DNA of 64,000 nt from Octopus sinensis (Eukaryota), in assembly GCF_006345805.1 (NCBI RefSeq), contig NC_043000.1:5394001-5458000 (forward strand), written 5' to 3'. Positions within the stretch are counted from its first letter, which is position 1. Each line of letters starts with the position of its first letter. Under the pieces are notes generated by a model. That model ran no database searches and was not told where the DNA came from. It saw only the letters and a list, made by a program, of their open reading frames with translations. This document shows positions 13,941 through 27,419 of this stretch, one piece after another. Both the position numbers and the translations under genes were made by a program.

Positions 13941-14850
13941 GTTGGAGTTAATTCATTTCGTTTAATGCTCAAGGCATTAATAGGCGCAGGCATGGCTGTA
14001 TGCTTAAGAAGCTCACTTTGTAACCACCTGATTTTGGGTTCAGTCTCACTGCATGGTAAGTCGGGCAAGTGGCTTCTACCATAACTCTGAGCTGTACAAT
14101 GTTTGTGAGTGAATTTAGTCGACAGAAACTGTGTGGAAGCCCGTCGTATATATATGTATGTTTATGTCTGTGTGCCTTTGTGTTTGTATTTGTTCACTTC
14201 ATTCATCATTTGGAAACCTGTATTTGTTACTTTTACATCCCCATACCTTAGCAGTTTAGTACAAGAGGTCGATTCAATATGTTCCAAATATAATTAGTGG
14301 GAGTGATTTATTCGACTAAACATTTCAAGGCAGTGCTCCAGCGTGACCGCGGTTCAATGACTAAAATAAGTAAACGTAAAAGTAAGTAAATAAATAGAAA
14401 TAGGAATAGCATGAGCGTCACAACCCGCTTTCATTAAATTCTTGGTACCAATGGTACTATACATTACTGTGGATGAAAGTCAAAAGACTTCACTAATGCC
14501 CTCTGAGCAACATCATACTGTATCCAGTGTAAAAGTATTTAATCCTTCACCCCACAAATGGCTTAGTTGATTGGCTGTAGATAGGTGCAACTATGCAGCA
14601 AAATTCATCGCTATCAAATTAATATCTCTTTTACTCTCTTTTACTTGTTTCAGTCATTTGACTGCGGCCATGCTGGAGCACCACCTTTAGTCGAGCAAAT
14701 CAACCCCGTGACTTATTCTTTGTAAGCCCAGTACTTATTCTATCAGTCTCTTTTGCAGAACCGCTAAGTGACGGGGACGTAAGCACACCAGCATCGGTTG
14801 TCAAGCAATGCTAGGAGGACAAACACAAACACACACACAGACACACACAC

Positions 14851-14901
<51 letters not shown>

Positions 14902-16586
14902 GCTTCTTTCAGTTTCCGTCTACCAAATCCACTCACAAGGCATTGGTCGGCCCGGGGCTATAGCAGAAGACACTTGCCCAAGATGCCACGCAATATGTTT
15001 CATTGCCTCGTAGTACTCAGGTTTGAATATCTCGTGGATACATGCTTGACTGGAATAGCCTTGGATCTTTGCTTCCTTTGGAATTTTGCGGCACCTTGTC
15101 ATATGTTTCGCTACGGGATGGTCTTTCTCACATTGAAGTACTCTTCTAGAAGATTACGGTGGTCTTTGAAAAGCGGAGAAACTTTCTAAGTGAGATCCAT
15201 TTAATACATTTTTTTATAGGGTAGGCAGATAACTAATGGGATACGAATTGTTCATTTGTAAATTATACATATGGTCACTGAAGCGTGTAAAAGAGTAAAA
15301 GAGTAAAAGAGTAAAAGAGTAAAAGAGTAAAAGAAAGTCTCTCTCACTCCCATTTACTGCTCTTCAGTCCTTGACGTCAACTCAGTATAAATTTCAGTAA
15401 ATTCTCAATTACTCACATAAAACAGATGTATGTCAAATTTTAGTCACAATTAAAAAAGAGCATTTGTACCAACATCCTAAAATTTTAGCTTCCTCTGTAC
15501 ATGTACATTCCTTTTATTAAAAAAACAAACCATTTGCATAATATCTTCAGACAAGGTGTATATAGGCGCTGGAGTGGCTGTGTGGTAAAAAGCTTGTTTC
15601 CCAACCACACGGTTCCGGGTTGGTTCAGTCCCACTGCGTGGTACTTCGGGAAAATGTCTTCTGCTATAGCCTCGGGCCGACCAAAGAATTCCGTCGTATA
15701 TATATGTGTGTGTGTGTGTGGTGTGTGTGTGTGTGTGTGTGTGTATTTGTGTGTCTGTGTTTGTCGCCCCACCATCGCTCGACAAAAAAGTTATAGTATC
15801 CTTCCAGAGGAATATGGTAGCAAAATTGTTCAGATCAGGCATGGGAAACCTTTTACGATAAGTGGGCCGCATAAGACATAATTCATCATCTGGCAGGCTG
15901 CACTATTAAAAATGTCAAGGTAATTTTCTCTTTGGTGTGTTATTCAGAGAGTCTTGCGGGCGGCAGCTTGTCCATGACAGGTTTAAATCATCTCAAAACT
16001 GGGCGTGGTGAGCAGGAACTTAAAACAAAAAAAAACAATGGGAATGCTTCTAACGTAGACTTGGTTTTTGGTACGTTTTCAGTGAAAGGGAAAGAAAGAA
16101 AGAGAGAGATAGAGGGGGTGGAGGAAGACAGACAGAGACTTAAATACTGATTGATGCTATCCTTGTTTACAGCCAACCGACGTCCCTTGACAAATATACA
16201 CCCTGACTGACCGACCGATAACCAAACAGCAGACGCTTCTTGCTGCCTTTATGTTGGTAAACCTAAAGGTAATGATGCATGTGTGCGTATACATTTCCTT
16301 GTATGTGTGATGGTGTGTTTGTGTGTGTGTATGTGTGTCCGTCTGCGAGTGTACGTGTGCTTGTGATAAGCCGGTTGCTATGGTTGCTCAGCCTTTTTTC
16401 TAGTAGGCACGCACGCACGTGTATAAGTATGAAGGGGTTTACGTACATAAAAAGCAAGCTAAGTTTGCTCGCACGCGTTTTCGTTTTAAGTTAGCTTGTT
16501 ACGTGCGTGTCATGCATGCGTGCGTGCGTGGGTGCATGCGTACGCACGCTTGTCTGCGAGCGTAAGCGTGTGTTCAAGAATTTTGA

Positions 16587-17075
16587 ATGTATGTATGTAT
16601 GTATGCATGTATGTATGTATGTATGTATGTACGTATGTATATATGTATGTATGTATGTATGTTTGTATGTATGTATGTACGTACGTACGTACGTATGTAT
16701 GTATGTGTATGTATGTATGTATGTATGTATGTATGTATGCATGTGTATGTATGTATGTATGTATGTACGTACGTACGTACGTATGTATATATGTGTATGT
16801 ATGTATGTATGTATGTATGTACGTATGTTTGTATGTATGTATGTACGTACGTACGTATGTATGTATGTATGTATGTATGTATGTATGTATGTATGTATGT
16901 ATGTATGTATGTTTGTATGTATGTATGTACGTACGTACATACGTACGTATGTATGTATGTATGTATGTATGTATGTATGTATGTATGTATGTATGTATGT
17001 ATGTTGGTATGTGTGTGTACGTATGTATGTATCAATGTATGTACGTATGCATGCATGTATGTCTGTATGCACGAA
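16587..17075. repeat. (ATGT)n microsatellite with ACGT variants
   Basis: Direct reading. Confidence 0.95.
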
Positions 17076-17372
17076 TGTACGTAGGTATGTCATTATTGAG
17101 TTTTATTTCAAATTCCCTTGCCTATTGGCAAGAGAAAACGTTGGTTTCTAAACTACATCTGAGACCTCATCATTGGAATTTCAACAACATCAACAGAGTA
17201 TTTTTGCATATATATGGGCATATATGCAGTGTTTGAAGTCAGTGCATGAGCAAATTTGTATGTCTTGTTTTATGTATGCATTCTCATGCATAGAGTTGCA
17301 TGTCTGGACATGTATGTATGTATGTGTGTATATGTGCATGTATGTGTGTATGTATGCATGTATTTACGTAAG

Positions 17373-20095
17373 CTTGTTAGTTAGTTAGTTAATTTGGCTC
17401 AAAAGCAAATAGCAAGGCCATGTAGGGGGACATGGAGTTAAGTACAGGGTGGTGTTCATGTAAAGAGTTCAGGCCACTTGAGGTCCAGGGAGGCTTTGAA
17501 CAAAGCGGTCGTCGGCATCTTCACCATCTCGTCTGGCAGCTTGTTCCATGGATCCGCAACCCGGACGGAGAAAGTTCCTCTCCTTCGATTGAGATGAAAT
17601 CGTCGCAGGTAGAGCTTTTCGGAATGACCCCGCAGCCGACGCTCTGGAACAGGAGTGAAGAACAGCTCTTTCGAGAGGTTACACTTTCCTCTTATGATGT
17701 TGTGGGCGAGAATGAGATCACTACGGCGGCGGCGTTTTTCAAGAGAATAAGGTCGAGCGTCCTCAGCCTTTCTTCGTAGGACAAATTTTTGAGACCATGA
17801 ACCATGCGGGTAGCCAGCTTCTGGACTCTTTCGAGATGCTGTATGTCTTTGAGGAGATAAGGAGAAGAGGCTTGAATCCCATACTCCAATATGGGTCTCA
17901 CCAGCGTGACATAGAGTGGTAGGAATATGGCTGCTGTGAGCATTCCGAATGACCGTCGAATCAAGAACAGAATTCCGCGTGCTTTGTTGGCAGCATGGAC
18001 GCACTGGGCCGAAGGCGAAAAGGAGGAATCCACCAAGATACCTAGGTCCTTTACCTGATCGGTCCTCTCCAGCAGCAGACGACCCGGCTCGAAATCAAGT
18101 TGAGTTCAAAGAGTAGAGCCGACAGGCAGATGACAGCACTTTGACACGTTCAGACACAGGTCCCAATCGTTAGACCACTTCCAAATTTGGTGGAGGCATC
18201 GACGAAGATCCTCTATATTACCGCGAGGGGCGACCAGTTTGATATCGTCGGCAAATAGAAGGGTGGTGTTGCGTGAGGTCGTCGGGCAAGTCATTATGAA
18301 GACTAAGAACAACAAGGGCCCAAGCACTGAACCTTGAGGCACGCCACTGCTCGCACTGGAGACGTCGGACCGCGAACCATTAACTTGGACTTGGAAGGAG
18401 CGATCTGAGAGGAAGGCACCAACCCATCGTACAATATCCGGATGGAAACTATATGCTTGAAGCTTGACAAGTAATAGGCGGGGTTTACCGAGTCAAAAGC
18501 CTTGGCAAAGTCCAGTAAAACGATGTCCACAGCATCACTATCATCGAGGATGCGCGTCACCAATTCTTCCATTACTAGTAAGTTGGTCAAGCATGATCTC
18601 TTCGACGAAGCCGTGTTGGGAATCAGAGATAGAGGCTGTGTTTAGGAGGTGGAGCATCACACTTTTCTTAAGGATGGTTTCGAACATCTTGCTGATTATT
18701 GATGTAAGGGAAACCGGTCGGTAGTTAAGCGGGTCTTCGCGGCTCCCTTTCTTGAAAATTGAGCAGATTATCGCTGTTCTCCAGTCTGCAGGTATAACAC
18801 CCGTCGCCAATGACATATTGAATAGTCGTGTTAAGGGCTCGCAGATGACCGGAGCCAACGCTTTGATAACCCGTGGGTGTATGCCGTCAGGGCCGTGACC
18901 CTTGTTGACATCGAGGCCTTGAATAACACGTTTGACTTCGTCCCGCGTGATGACCAATCGAAGCATTGGAGGTACCGATCTATCAAATGGAGGGGGTTCA
19001 CGACCATCATCTTGTTTGAAAATAGTTGAAAAAGCTCGGCAAATAATTGGCTCTGTTGATAGGGTCCTCAATCGATAACGTCTTGTTGAGTCTACCAACG
19101 TTGCATCTGGTTGTTCAGCGGGAATTCCGCTGGACATGGGCAAAGAAGGTTTTTGGATTGCTACTGGCATTGCCGCGATTTTGAATTCATAACTGAAGCG
19201 TTCTTTCTTTTCGATTTTCACGGCTCGGTCTCGTTGAGTTTTGTACACCTCAAAAGCTGCAGTCGAATCCAGATTTTTGAATTCAGCCCAAGCAATATCT
19301 CTGAGTCGACGTTCTCGTTTAACCCTCTTCGTCACCCAGGGCTTGTATTTCTTCCTCTTGGGAAGCCCAACGGGAACTGCCTGGTCAGTCAAACAGATTA
19401 CATATGCTTTCAGGGATGACCATAGTTCGTCAACTGAGGACAACGTCATCAGGGATCGCCAGTCCAGAAGCGCGGAAGCCTCGGTTAGAATTTCAAGATT
19501 AATTGCAGAGAAGACTCTACGTGGCAGCGAAGTAGTCGCGGGCGCAGAAAAGGTTGTGTGCATGACGAACTTCAGGACCGCATGATCACTCTTGGCAAGA
19601 GGGGCGCACACAGATACGTCTGACACTGATCTTGAATAGCGGGAGAATACCAGATCTAGCATAGATGGCTGCTGCCCAGACCGATGCCTTGTCGGATATT
19701 CAACATGTTGCGATAGAAAACAATCTTCAGCCACGTCAAGAAGGGCCTGGCCGAACCGGGAAGATGTTGTACAAATTGATGCGGGCCAATCGATCGTGGG
19801 AGCGTTGAAGTCTCCTAGTACCAAACAGTCATGCGAAGCTGAAACGAATCTTATCGCTTCGAGTAAATGAGCATCGTCCTGGGGGTCGGCAAGAGGCGGC
19901 CTGTAGACAGCCAACACGGGCAGGCAAAACTCAGATAGGCTGAGCATTAGTGGGTAGAATACCGCTGGATGGTTTGTGCTCAGCCTTAACATACACAGCA
20001 ACACCTCCACCTCGCCTTTTTCCTCTGTCACATCTGAAAAGGACGTAGCCCTGCAGGTGGATTTCTGAGTCCTTTACTGCTGGTAGGGTATGAAA
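17373..20095 (-). mobile_element. CR1-clade LINE (APE endonuclease plus RT), 5'-truncated, frameshifted
   Basis: LQGYVLFRCDR..GGGVAVYVK, YRPP, LGDFN, GPDGIHP, NYRPVSLTS, LDFAKAFDSV, PQGSVLGPLLF, LFADDIKL, VRPILEYG, FSVRVADPWNKLP; (taac)n 3' tail at about 17373-17392. Confidence 0.95.
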
Positions 20096-20585
20096 CCAAG
20101 TTGGCAGTGTCATTGATCTAATCAGATCGAAAGAGGACACAAATGACGGGGTGGTTAATAGTTCTTGACCCTAGATGGAACGCGCGCCGATTAGGAAAAC
20201 TTGATCGGCACTGCGTTCCATTTAGAGTCAAGAGTCGGATCTTTCAACGGCCCAGCCCCACTGAACTAAGTGATAAATAGATGCAAACAATGAAAGCATA
20301 GTGAATTTAGTTGACGGTGCCAGCGTCAAAGTACAAAGCCGTCAGCCACCACTACTACCACCACTAACGCCACCATCACCACATTAATGCAAACTGGGAA
20401 ATCTGTATGTTACCTCATATGATTCGATAGTGATGAAATAAAAATTTATATATTAAAATTTAATGGTCCATTTTGCATGGCGTATTAAAAAATTGTGTAT
20501 TATTTCAAAGTTTGAAAATTTAGAGAAAAATATACATAAAAACATTAAACAGCCACATATTGATGTGGTAATTAAATTTACTTCC

Positions 20586-20853
20586 TCTTTTACTCTTTTA
20601 CTTGTTTCAGTCATTTGACTGTGGCCATGCTGGAGCAAATCGACCCCAGGACTTATTCTTTGTAAGTCTAGTACTTATTCTATCGGTTTTTTGCCGAACC
20701 GCTATGTTACGAGGACGTAAACACACCAGCATCGGTTGTCAAGCGATGTTGGAGGGACAAACACAGGCATACAAACATACACACACGCACGCACACACAC
20801 ACAACACACACACACACACACACACACACACCACACACACACACACACAACAC

Positions 20854-20894
<41 letters not shown>

Positions 20895-21060
20895 TTACGA
20901 CGGGCTTCTTTCAGTTTCCGTCTACCAAATCCACTCACAAGGCTTTGGTCGACCCGAGGCTATAGTAGAAGACACTTGCCCAAGGTGCCACGCAGTGAGA
21001 CTGAACCCGGAACCATGTGGTTGGTAAGCAAGCTACTTACCATACAGCCATTCCTACGCC
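20586..21060 (-). mobile_element. SINE family A, full-length
   Basis: Same head, body and tail in reverse orientation. Confidence 0.9.
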
Positions 21061-21208
21061 TATGTTAGTGTAGTTACAACTTTTATCTCTTATTGAAACA
21101 TTACAGCTAGCTACTATGCTTGTTGCAAATCGGTAACCGATAGTCGCTTTGTTTTCTAACTATTGCTTACTGTAGAAGACTCTGGTCATCTCTCCAGCAA
21201 CTGGATGT

Positions 21209-21257
21209 TCGCGACTGAGGATGGACAAACTAGCTCGAAACCGAGTCGGTCGTGCGA
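21209..21257 (+). ncRNA. Type I hammerhead-like motif in a PLE-type repeat remnant
   Basis: ucgcga-CUGAGGA-uggacaaacuagcuc-GAA-ACCG(agu)CGGU-C-gugcga; stems I and III pair, stem II is damaged. Confidence 0.55.
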
Positions 21258-21890
21258 TCCCATCGTCTGTTGGAAGGTAGTAGGAGTTCGCTCTCCTGCT
21301 TCCAATATATACAGGGTGCTGGCTGCACCTATAACCATCTGACAGAAGAACTTTCTGGGCTTAAAAATAGTTGTAAGGTTGACAGCCATATTGATGTGGT
21401 GATCAACTTTACTAGTTAGTATAGTTACCACGCTTATTGTAATTTTACAACTAACTAATTTGCTAGTATTTATTGTATATCTTGTCTTCTTAATCGTATG
21501 AGGGTTTAGCAATTATGAAAGCGAATTTTATTGATTATACATGTGTAACAACAATGAATAACATGTCTTATCAATCATACGTAAGAATAACAATTATGAA
21601 TAACATGAGCTTCAATCATACGTGTGAGTAACGATTACGAATAACGTGATTTATCAATAATATTAGTGAATAGCGATTATATATAACGTTTTTGTTATTT
21701 TTCGTGAATCATTTTTGGGTATAATGACTATGAATAATGTACTGTATCAGTCATACTGGTAAATAACAATAACAATAGTGCATCACCGGTTTTTGCCTTA
21801 TTTCTAAAAACAAGTTGTAAAAGCCTCACTGAAAAAAATCTAAAAACTTCTGGAATGCACCTCGTACGCGCGCGCGCTGTATATATATAT

Positions 21891-22271
21891 ACTCTTTTGT
21901 TTCAGTCATTTGACTGCGACCATGCTGGAGCACCGCCTTTAGTCGAGCAAATCGACCCCAGGACTTATTCTTTGTAAGCCTAGTACTTATTCTATCGGTC
22001 TCTTTTGCCGAACTGCTAAGTTACGGCGACGTAAACACACCAACATCGGTTGTCAAGCGACACAGACACACAAACATATGCACACACATATATATATATA
22101 CATATATACGACGGGCTTCTTTCAGTTTCCGTCTATCAAATCCACTCACAAGGCTTTGGTCGGCCCGAGGCTATAGTAGAAGACACTTGCCCAAGGTGCC
22201 ACGCAGTGAGACTGAACCCGGAACTATGTGGTTGGTAAACAAGCTACTTACCACACAGTCACTCCTGCGCC
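21891..22271 (-). mobile_element. SINE family A, full-length
   Basis: Same head, body and tail. Confidence 0.9.
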
Positions 22272-22307
22272 TAACATATATATTTTTATTTATATATTCA
22301 TAAATGC

Positions 22308-22340
<33 letters not shown>

Positions 22341-22605
22341 CGCGCGTATGTGTGTGTATGTATGCATGTATGTATGTAGTATATACGTGCATTAAGTGTA
22401 TATCTTATACGTATATCCGGTGTAAAACGGTGAGGCGAATTGTAGCAGAAGAGGACTTGGCAATTCGAAAAGCAGGGTCTGACAAAATAATTACAGAGTT
22501 CGATATATTTGGCCAAATGGGGGCAATGTGCTTTGAGTGAAAGCAGCAAACGATTAATGGAACATAGGGCATGTTTATTGATGTACTATATTAAAGAAGT
22601 GTGTG

Positions 22606-22656
<51 letters not shown>

Positions 22657-23421
22657 CATATATACGTGTATATGTATATATGGGTGATGTATGTTTATTG
22701 CTTATCGTCATTGTTTTTATATATCATATAACTCAGCCAGCATAAGACATGAATAGAAGTGGATTGCGTATTTAATATCCTGATAAATTGCTCTTAGTAG
22801 TCATGATATAAAAATAATGTACTTGCTAGCTGCTATAGTTTAATGTTGTTATCACAGTAGATAGTTAAACTATCAATCAAGCAAATAAACGTGAGAATGA
22901 AAAGTTGGCCTATTTTGTGAGATAGTTGGAGGCTTGTGGTGCACATAACCTCCACGCAAACTGTAAGCCGTAAAAAATTACATTTCATCTAGAATTGTAT
23001 ATATATATATATATGTATACTCTTTACTCTTTTACTCTTTTACTTGTTTCAGACATTTGACTGCGGCCATGCTGGAGCACCGCCTTCAGTCGAACAAATC
23101 GACCCCGGGACTTATTCTTTGTAAGCCCAGTACTTATTCTATCGGTCTCTTTTGCCGAACCGCTAAGTAACGGGGACGTAAACACACCAGCATCGGTTGT
23201 CAAGCAATGCTAGGGGGACAAACACAGACACACAAACATATACACACACATATATATGTATACATATATACGACAGGCTTCTTTCAGTTTCCGTCTACCA
23301 AATCCACTCACAAGGCATTGGTCGGCCCGGGGCTATAGCAGAAGACACTTGCCCAAGATGCCACGCAGTGGGACTGAACCCGGAACCATATGTATATATG
23401 CATATGTTTTATTTATTTTTT

Positions 23422-23649
23422 AAACAACATGAAATACGAAGACAAACTTGGGTATGCGAACATCGAGAGAAACAAATTGAAAAGAAGACAAGTAACATAA
23501 AAAACGACCCTTCATCAGTTGTCGGCTGTCCATCTACTCTTCAGACGGCCGACAACTGATGAAGGGTCGTTCTTTATGTTATTTGTCTTGTTTTCAATTT
23601 GTTTCTCTCGTTCGTGTATCCTGGTTTGTTTTCGTATTTCATATTGTTT
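23422..23649. repeat. Imperfect palindrome (about 108-bp arms, 13-nt loop) with a half hammerhead core
   Basis: aacgacccttcatcagttgtcggctgtc-loop-gacggccgacaactgatgaagggtcgtt; outer arms diverged. Confidence 0.85.
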
Positions 23650-23679
23650 ACGTTTTGTTACATCCTGTACCCATATATG

Positions 23680-23726
<47 letters not shown>

Positions 23727-23727
<1 letters not shown>

Positions 23728-23787
23728 TTTATTTAAAGCAGCAGAAAATTCAAGGTTTCGTTGAATTTTCTGCTGCTTTAAATAAAG
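23727..23787. repeat. Perfect 27-bp hairpin at the end of a PLE-type repeat
   Basis: ctttatttaaagcagcagaaaattcaa-ggtttcg-ttgaattttctgctgctttaaataaag; the adjacent sequence is homologous to 520-620 and 10000-10090. Confidence 0.9.
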
Positions 23788-23868
23788 CATATTACTCTAC
23801 CACTGGTATTTGAGTACTTTTTTCCACCTTGTTTCACATGTTTCACATTTATATGTTTACTCCGGTAT

Positions 23869-23903
<35 letters not shown>

Positions 23904-24254
23904 TATATACTGCTGCTGCTCTCGTGATCACTTCGGGGCGATTTCGTCCCGCCTAATCCTGAAATATATAGTGTTTGTTTTTTCAACACAAAACGTCTTT
24001 AAAGGGATTTCTTTACAACGGCATCTGGCTTTCCAACGATATACGTACGTTAAGTCTGTTATATAGCGACGAAACATTTTATCCTGAGTCGCTTCTATTG
24101 CGTGTTTCGAATTTTATTCAATTTTAGCGGCGTCATGAAAAGTCGGCATCGTCTCTATTGAGGCCAAAGCTAGTAGAAGAGAATTTCTTGTTAAGTAAAT
24201 CCAGAAGGAAAATAAATCAACAAGGTCACACACATCAGCTAAGTCGATGGAATC

Positions 24255-24875
24255 GTCCTGGCGATGTATTGGCAATGACGAGACGATGTTTTAGCAATAT
24301 CGAGAGGTTCCAACGATGACACACTCGACAGGTTTAGAAAGAACCTCACACACACCATGAATTCTATTGGTCTAAAGGTTAACATAGAACTCAACCTGAA
24401 GACGGTGGATTGCCTTGATGTGACCTTGACCATGAAATCCAGTGCTTAAAGACCATGTAGGGAGCCTAATGAAAGGCAGACATTCATTAGCACAGCTTCA
24501 TGTCATCCAGCCACTATTTTTCAGGAACCTGGTAAAGAGCGTCAGCAAAAGAATCTCCAGCCTGCCTTCAAGTAAAGAAAGTTTCGTCGTGCTACTCCAC
24601 GTTAGATCGAAGCCCTGGCTGCAAAACAGTTTTAGAGATAAGACTAATTATACACTAGATCTTTACCCTTCAAGGAGAAAATGCCAACGAAAAGTGTTGT
24701 AATTCATACAGTCCTCCCTACGCATAAAATCTTGTGCGAAGAAGATATTCCTTTGCGTCGTGAATAAGCACTTTCCTCGTACAAATAGGTTCAATAAAAT
24801 TTTTAAGAGGCATGCATTAAGAGTTTTCCTTAGCTGTGCACCTGGTGCAAAGTAGATGTTGGTAGAAATACCCAA
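24255..24875 (+). mobile_element. Penelope-like element RT fragment (Naiad-like)
   Basis: Decayed (Y)RDDVLA..LKVNIELNLKTVDCLDVTL..SCHPATIFRNLVKSVSKRISSLPSSKESF..KHFPRTNRFNKIFKR..SCAP, matching PLE RT-thumb motifs. Confidence 0.7.
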
Positions 24876-25520
24876 GACAGAGGTAGATACTTTGGGGCCA
24901 AGAGACATAACTTTTAATACATCATTTGCTCATTTCGCCCCCAGCAATTTCTTTTCGTCTTTTTTTTCATAGCACCCACAAACCGGATGTGACATTTTCC
25001 TCTCTCCAAAAGCAGAGTACACACGATATTTTGTTTTCCTCGTATATCATCTCTGAAGAGTATGTGGTGTTACTTAACCGCGGCATAATCTACTATCCGG
25101 TTATCTAATATCCAGTGCTAAACCAATTGGTAAGTTCGGGTGAAATGGGTTTATAATACTGCATACTTGACCAATATACGAATGCATAATTTTCCTGAGT
25201 TATGGATTCTTAGACTATACTACTACATACTAATACATACACCAACCCCATACATACGCACGTCCAGACCTATCCTACGCACTAATACTCTCTCATACAC
25301 ACACACACACACACCACACACCCTTATACATACTAATCTACTACTACAAATACACCAACCCTATACATACGCACTAATAGCTGGTCATTCAACCCTATTA
25401 TCCAACCCTATTATCTCCCCTACTAATACATATACAATTGTTTTGTTGTTTTTCCACCTGCCTTCGTCTTTTGTCTATTTTCATAACGCTTCTTATATAT
25501 ATATATATATATTATATATA

Positions 25521-25565
<45 letters not shown>

Positions 25566-26519
25566 CATATATATACATATATATACATACATACATGCAT
25601 ACAAACATACATATAGAGAAAGACAAAGATAAGAGGAGAGAGAGAGGAGAGAGAGAGAGAGAGAGAGAGTCACAAGGGAAAAGAAAGTCAGAATATATAG
25701 TTTGAGATGGTATTCATGAATAGACAGACAGACAGACAGAAAGGCAGGCAGACAGACAGACAGACAGACAGACAGAGCGAGCGAGAGAGAAAGTAATGGA
25801 GAATCGAAAGGAAGAGGGAATATGTTCCAGACGGATTTCTATGAGTGCGTATGTATGTGTATGTGTAGCTCTAAGTGTGTATATAAGTGTGCTGTTTGTA
25901 TATATGTGTATGTGTTTGTATGTGCATGGGTGCGAATGTTTATGTGTGAAAGAAAGAGAGAGAGAGAGAGAGAGAGATCGTGAGGAAGCAGAGAATGCAA
26001 TTATGTACATGTATGTATTTGCCTGTCTGTTTGAATGTGCACGATTTTGTGTATGTTTCTTTCATAAGCACAGTATTTGTGTGTATGCGCGCACATCTGT
26101 GCTTATGAAAGAAAGTATGAGAAATAAGAGAGAGAGATTATGCGTGTGAAAGAGAGAGGAGGAGAGAAAGTGAGAGACAAGGAGAACTCCAAAAGGGGAG
26201 GTAAACCATATCGAATAGTAGAATGAAAGAATAAACAAGTAGAAAGAATACAATACATATATTTCCTTTAACTTTTGATTGTTTCAGACGTTAGATTACG
26301 GCCATGCTGGAGCACCGCCTTGGAAAATTTTTTAGTCGAAAGAATCGACCTCAGAACAATTTTTCTTTTTTTTTTTTTTTTTTACAAGCCTGGTAGTTAT
26401 TCTACAGGACACTTTTGCTGAACTGCTAAATTACTGGGACGTAAACACACCAACACCGTTTGTCAAACGGTCGTGACGAACAAATACAGGCACAAAGACA
26501 TATATACGCGATATTCTTT

Positions 26520-26709
26520 TATACTTTTATTTGTTTCAGTCATTTGACAGCGGCCATGCTGGAAAATCGACCCCAGGACTTATTCATTGTAAGCCTAGTA
26601 CTTATTCTATCGTTCTCTTTTTGCCAAACTGCTAAGTTACGGGGACGTAAACACACCAACATCGGTTGTCAAGTGATAGTGGAGGGACAAATACAAACAC
26701 AAATAACAA

Positions 26710-26742
<33 letters not shown>

Positions 26743-26745
26743 CAG

Positions 26746-26834
<89 letters not shown>

Positions 26835-26849
26835 TACAGACAGACAGAC

Positions 26850-26889
<40 letters not shown>

Positions 26890-26891
26890 GC

Positions 26892-26978
<87 letters not shown>

Positions 26979-27130
26979 TCACAGGCTTCTTTCAGTTTCC
27001 GTCTACCAAATTCACTCTGAAGGCTTTGCTTGGCGCGAGGCTATAGTAGAAGACACTTGCCCAATGTGCCACGCAGTGGGACTGAACCTGGAACCATGTG
27101 ATTGGGAAGCAAGCTTCTTACCACTCCGGC
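26520..27130 (-). mobile_element. SINE family A with expanded internal (GATA)n/(GACA)n
   Basis: About 270 bp of microsatellite at the family's internal repeat position. Confidence 0.85.
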
Positions 27131-27332
27131 ACCTTATATATCTATATGATGGGCTTCTTTCAGTTTCCATCTACCAACATAATTTACACTTGGTCAGCCT
27201 GAGACTATAGTAGAAGAGACTTGCCCATGTTGCCATGCAGTGGGATTGAACCCTGAACCATGTGGTTGTGAAGCAAGCTTCTTACCACACAACCGTGCCT
27301 GAGTCTATATATTATGTTATATGTGCGTGTGT

Positions 27333-27419
<87 letters not shown>

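Noticed and set aside
24050-24100. aagt-ctgttatatagcgac-gaaac...gtc-gctt hammerhead-like string
   Set aside because: The core has several mismatches and stem II does not pair; a chance match is plausible.
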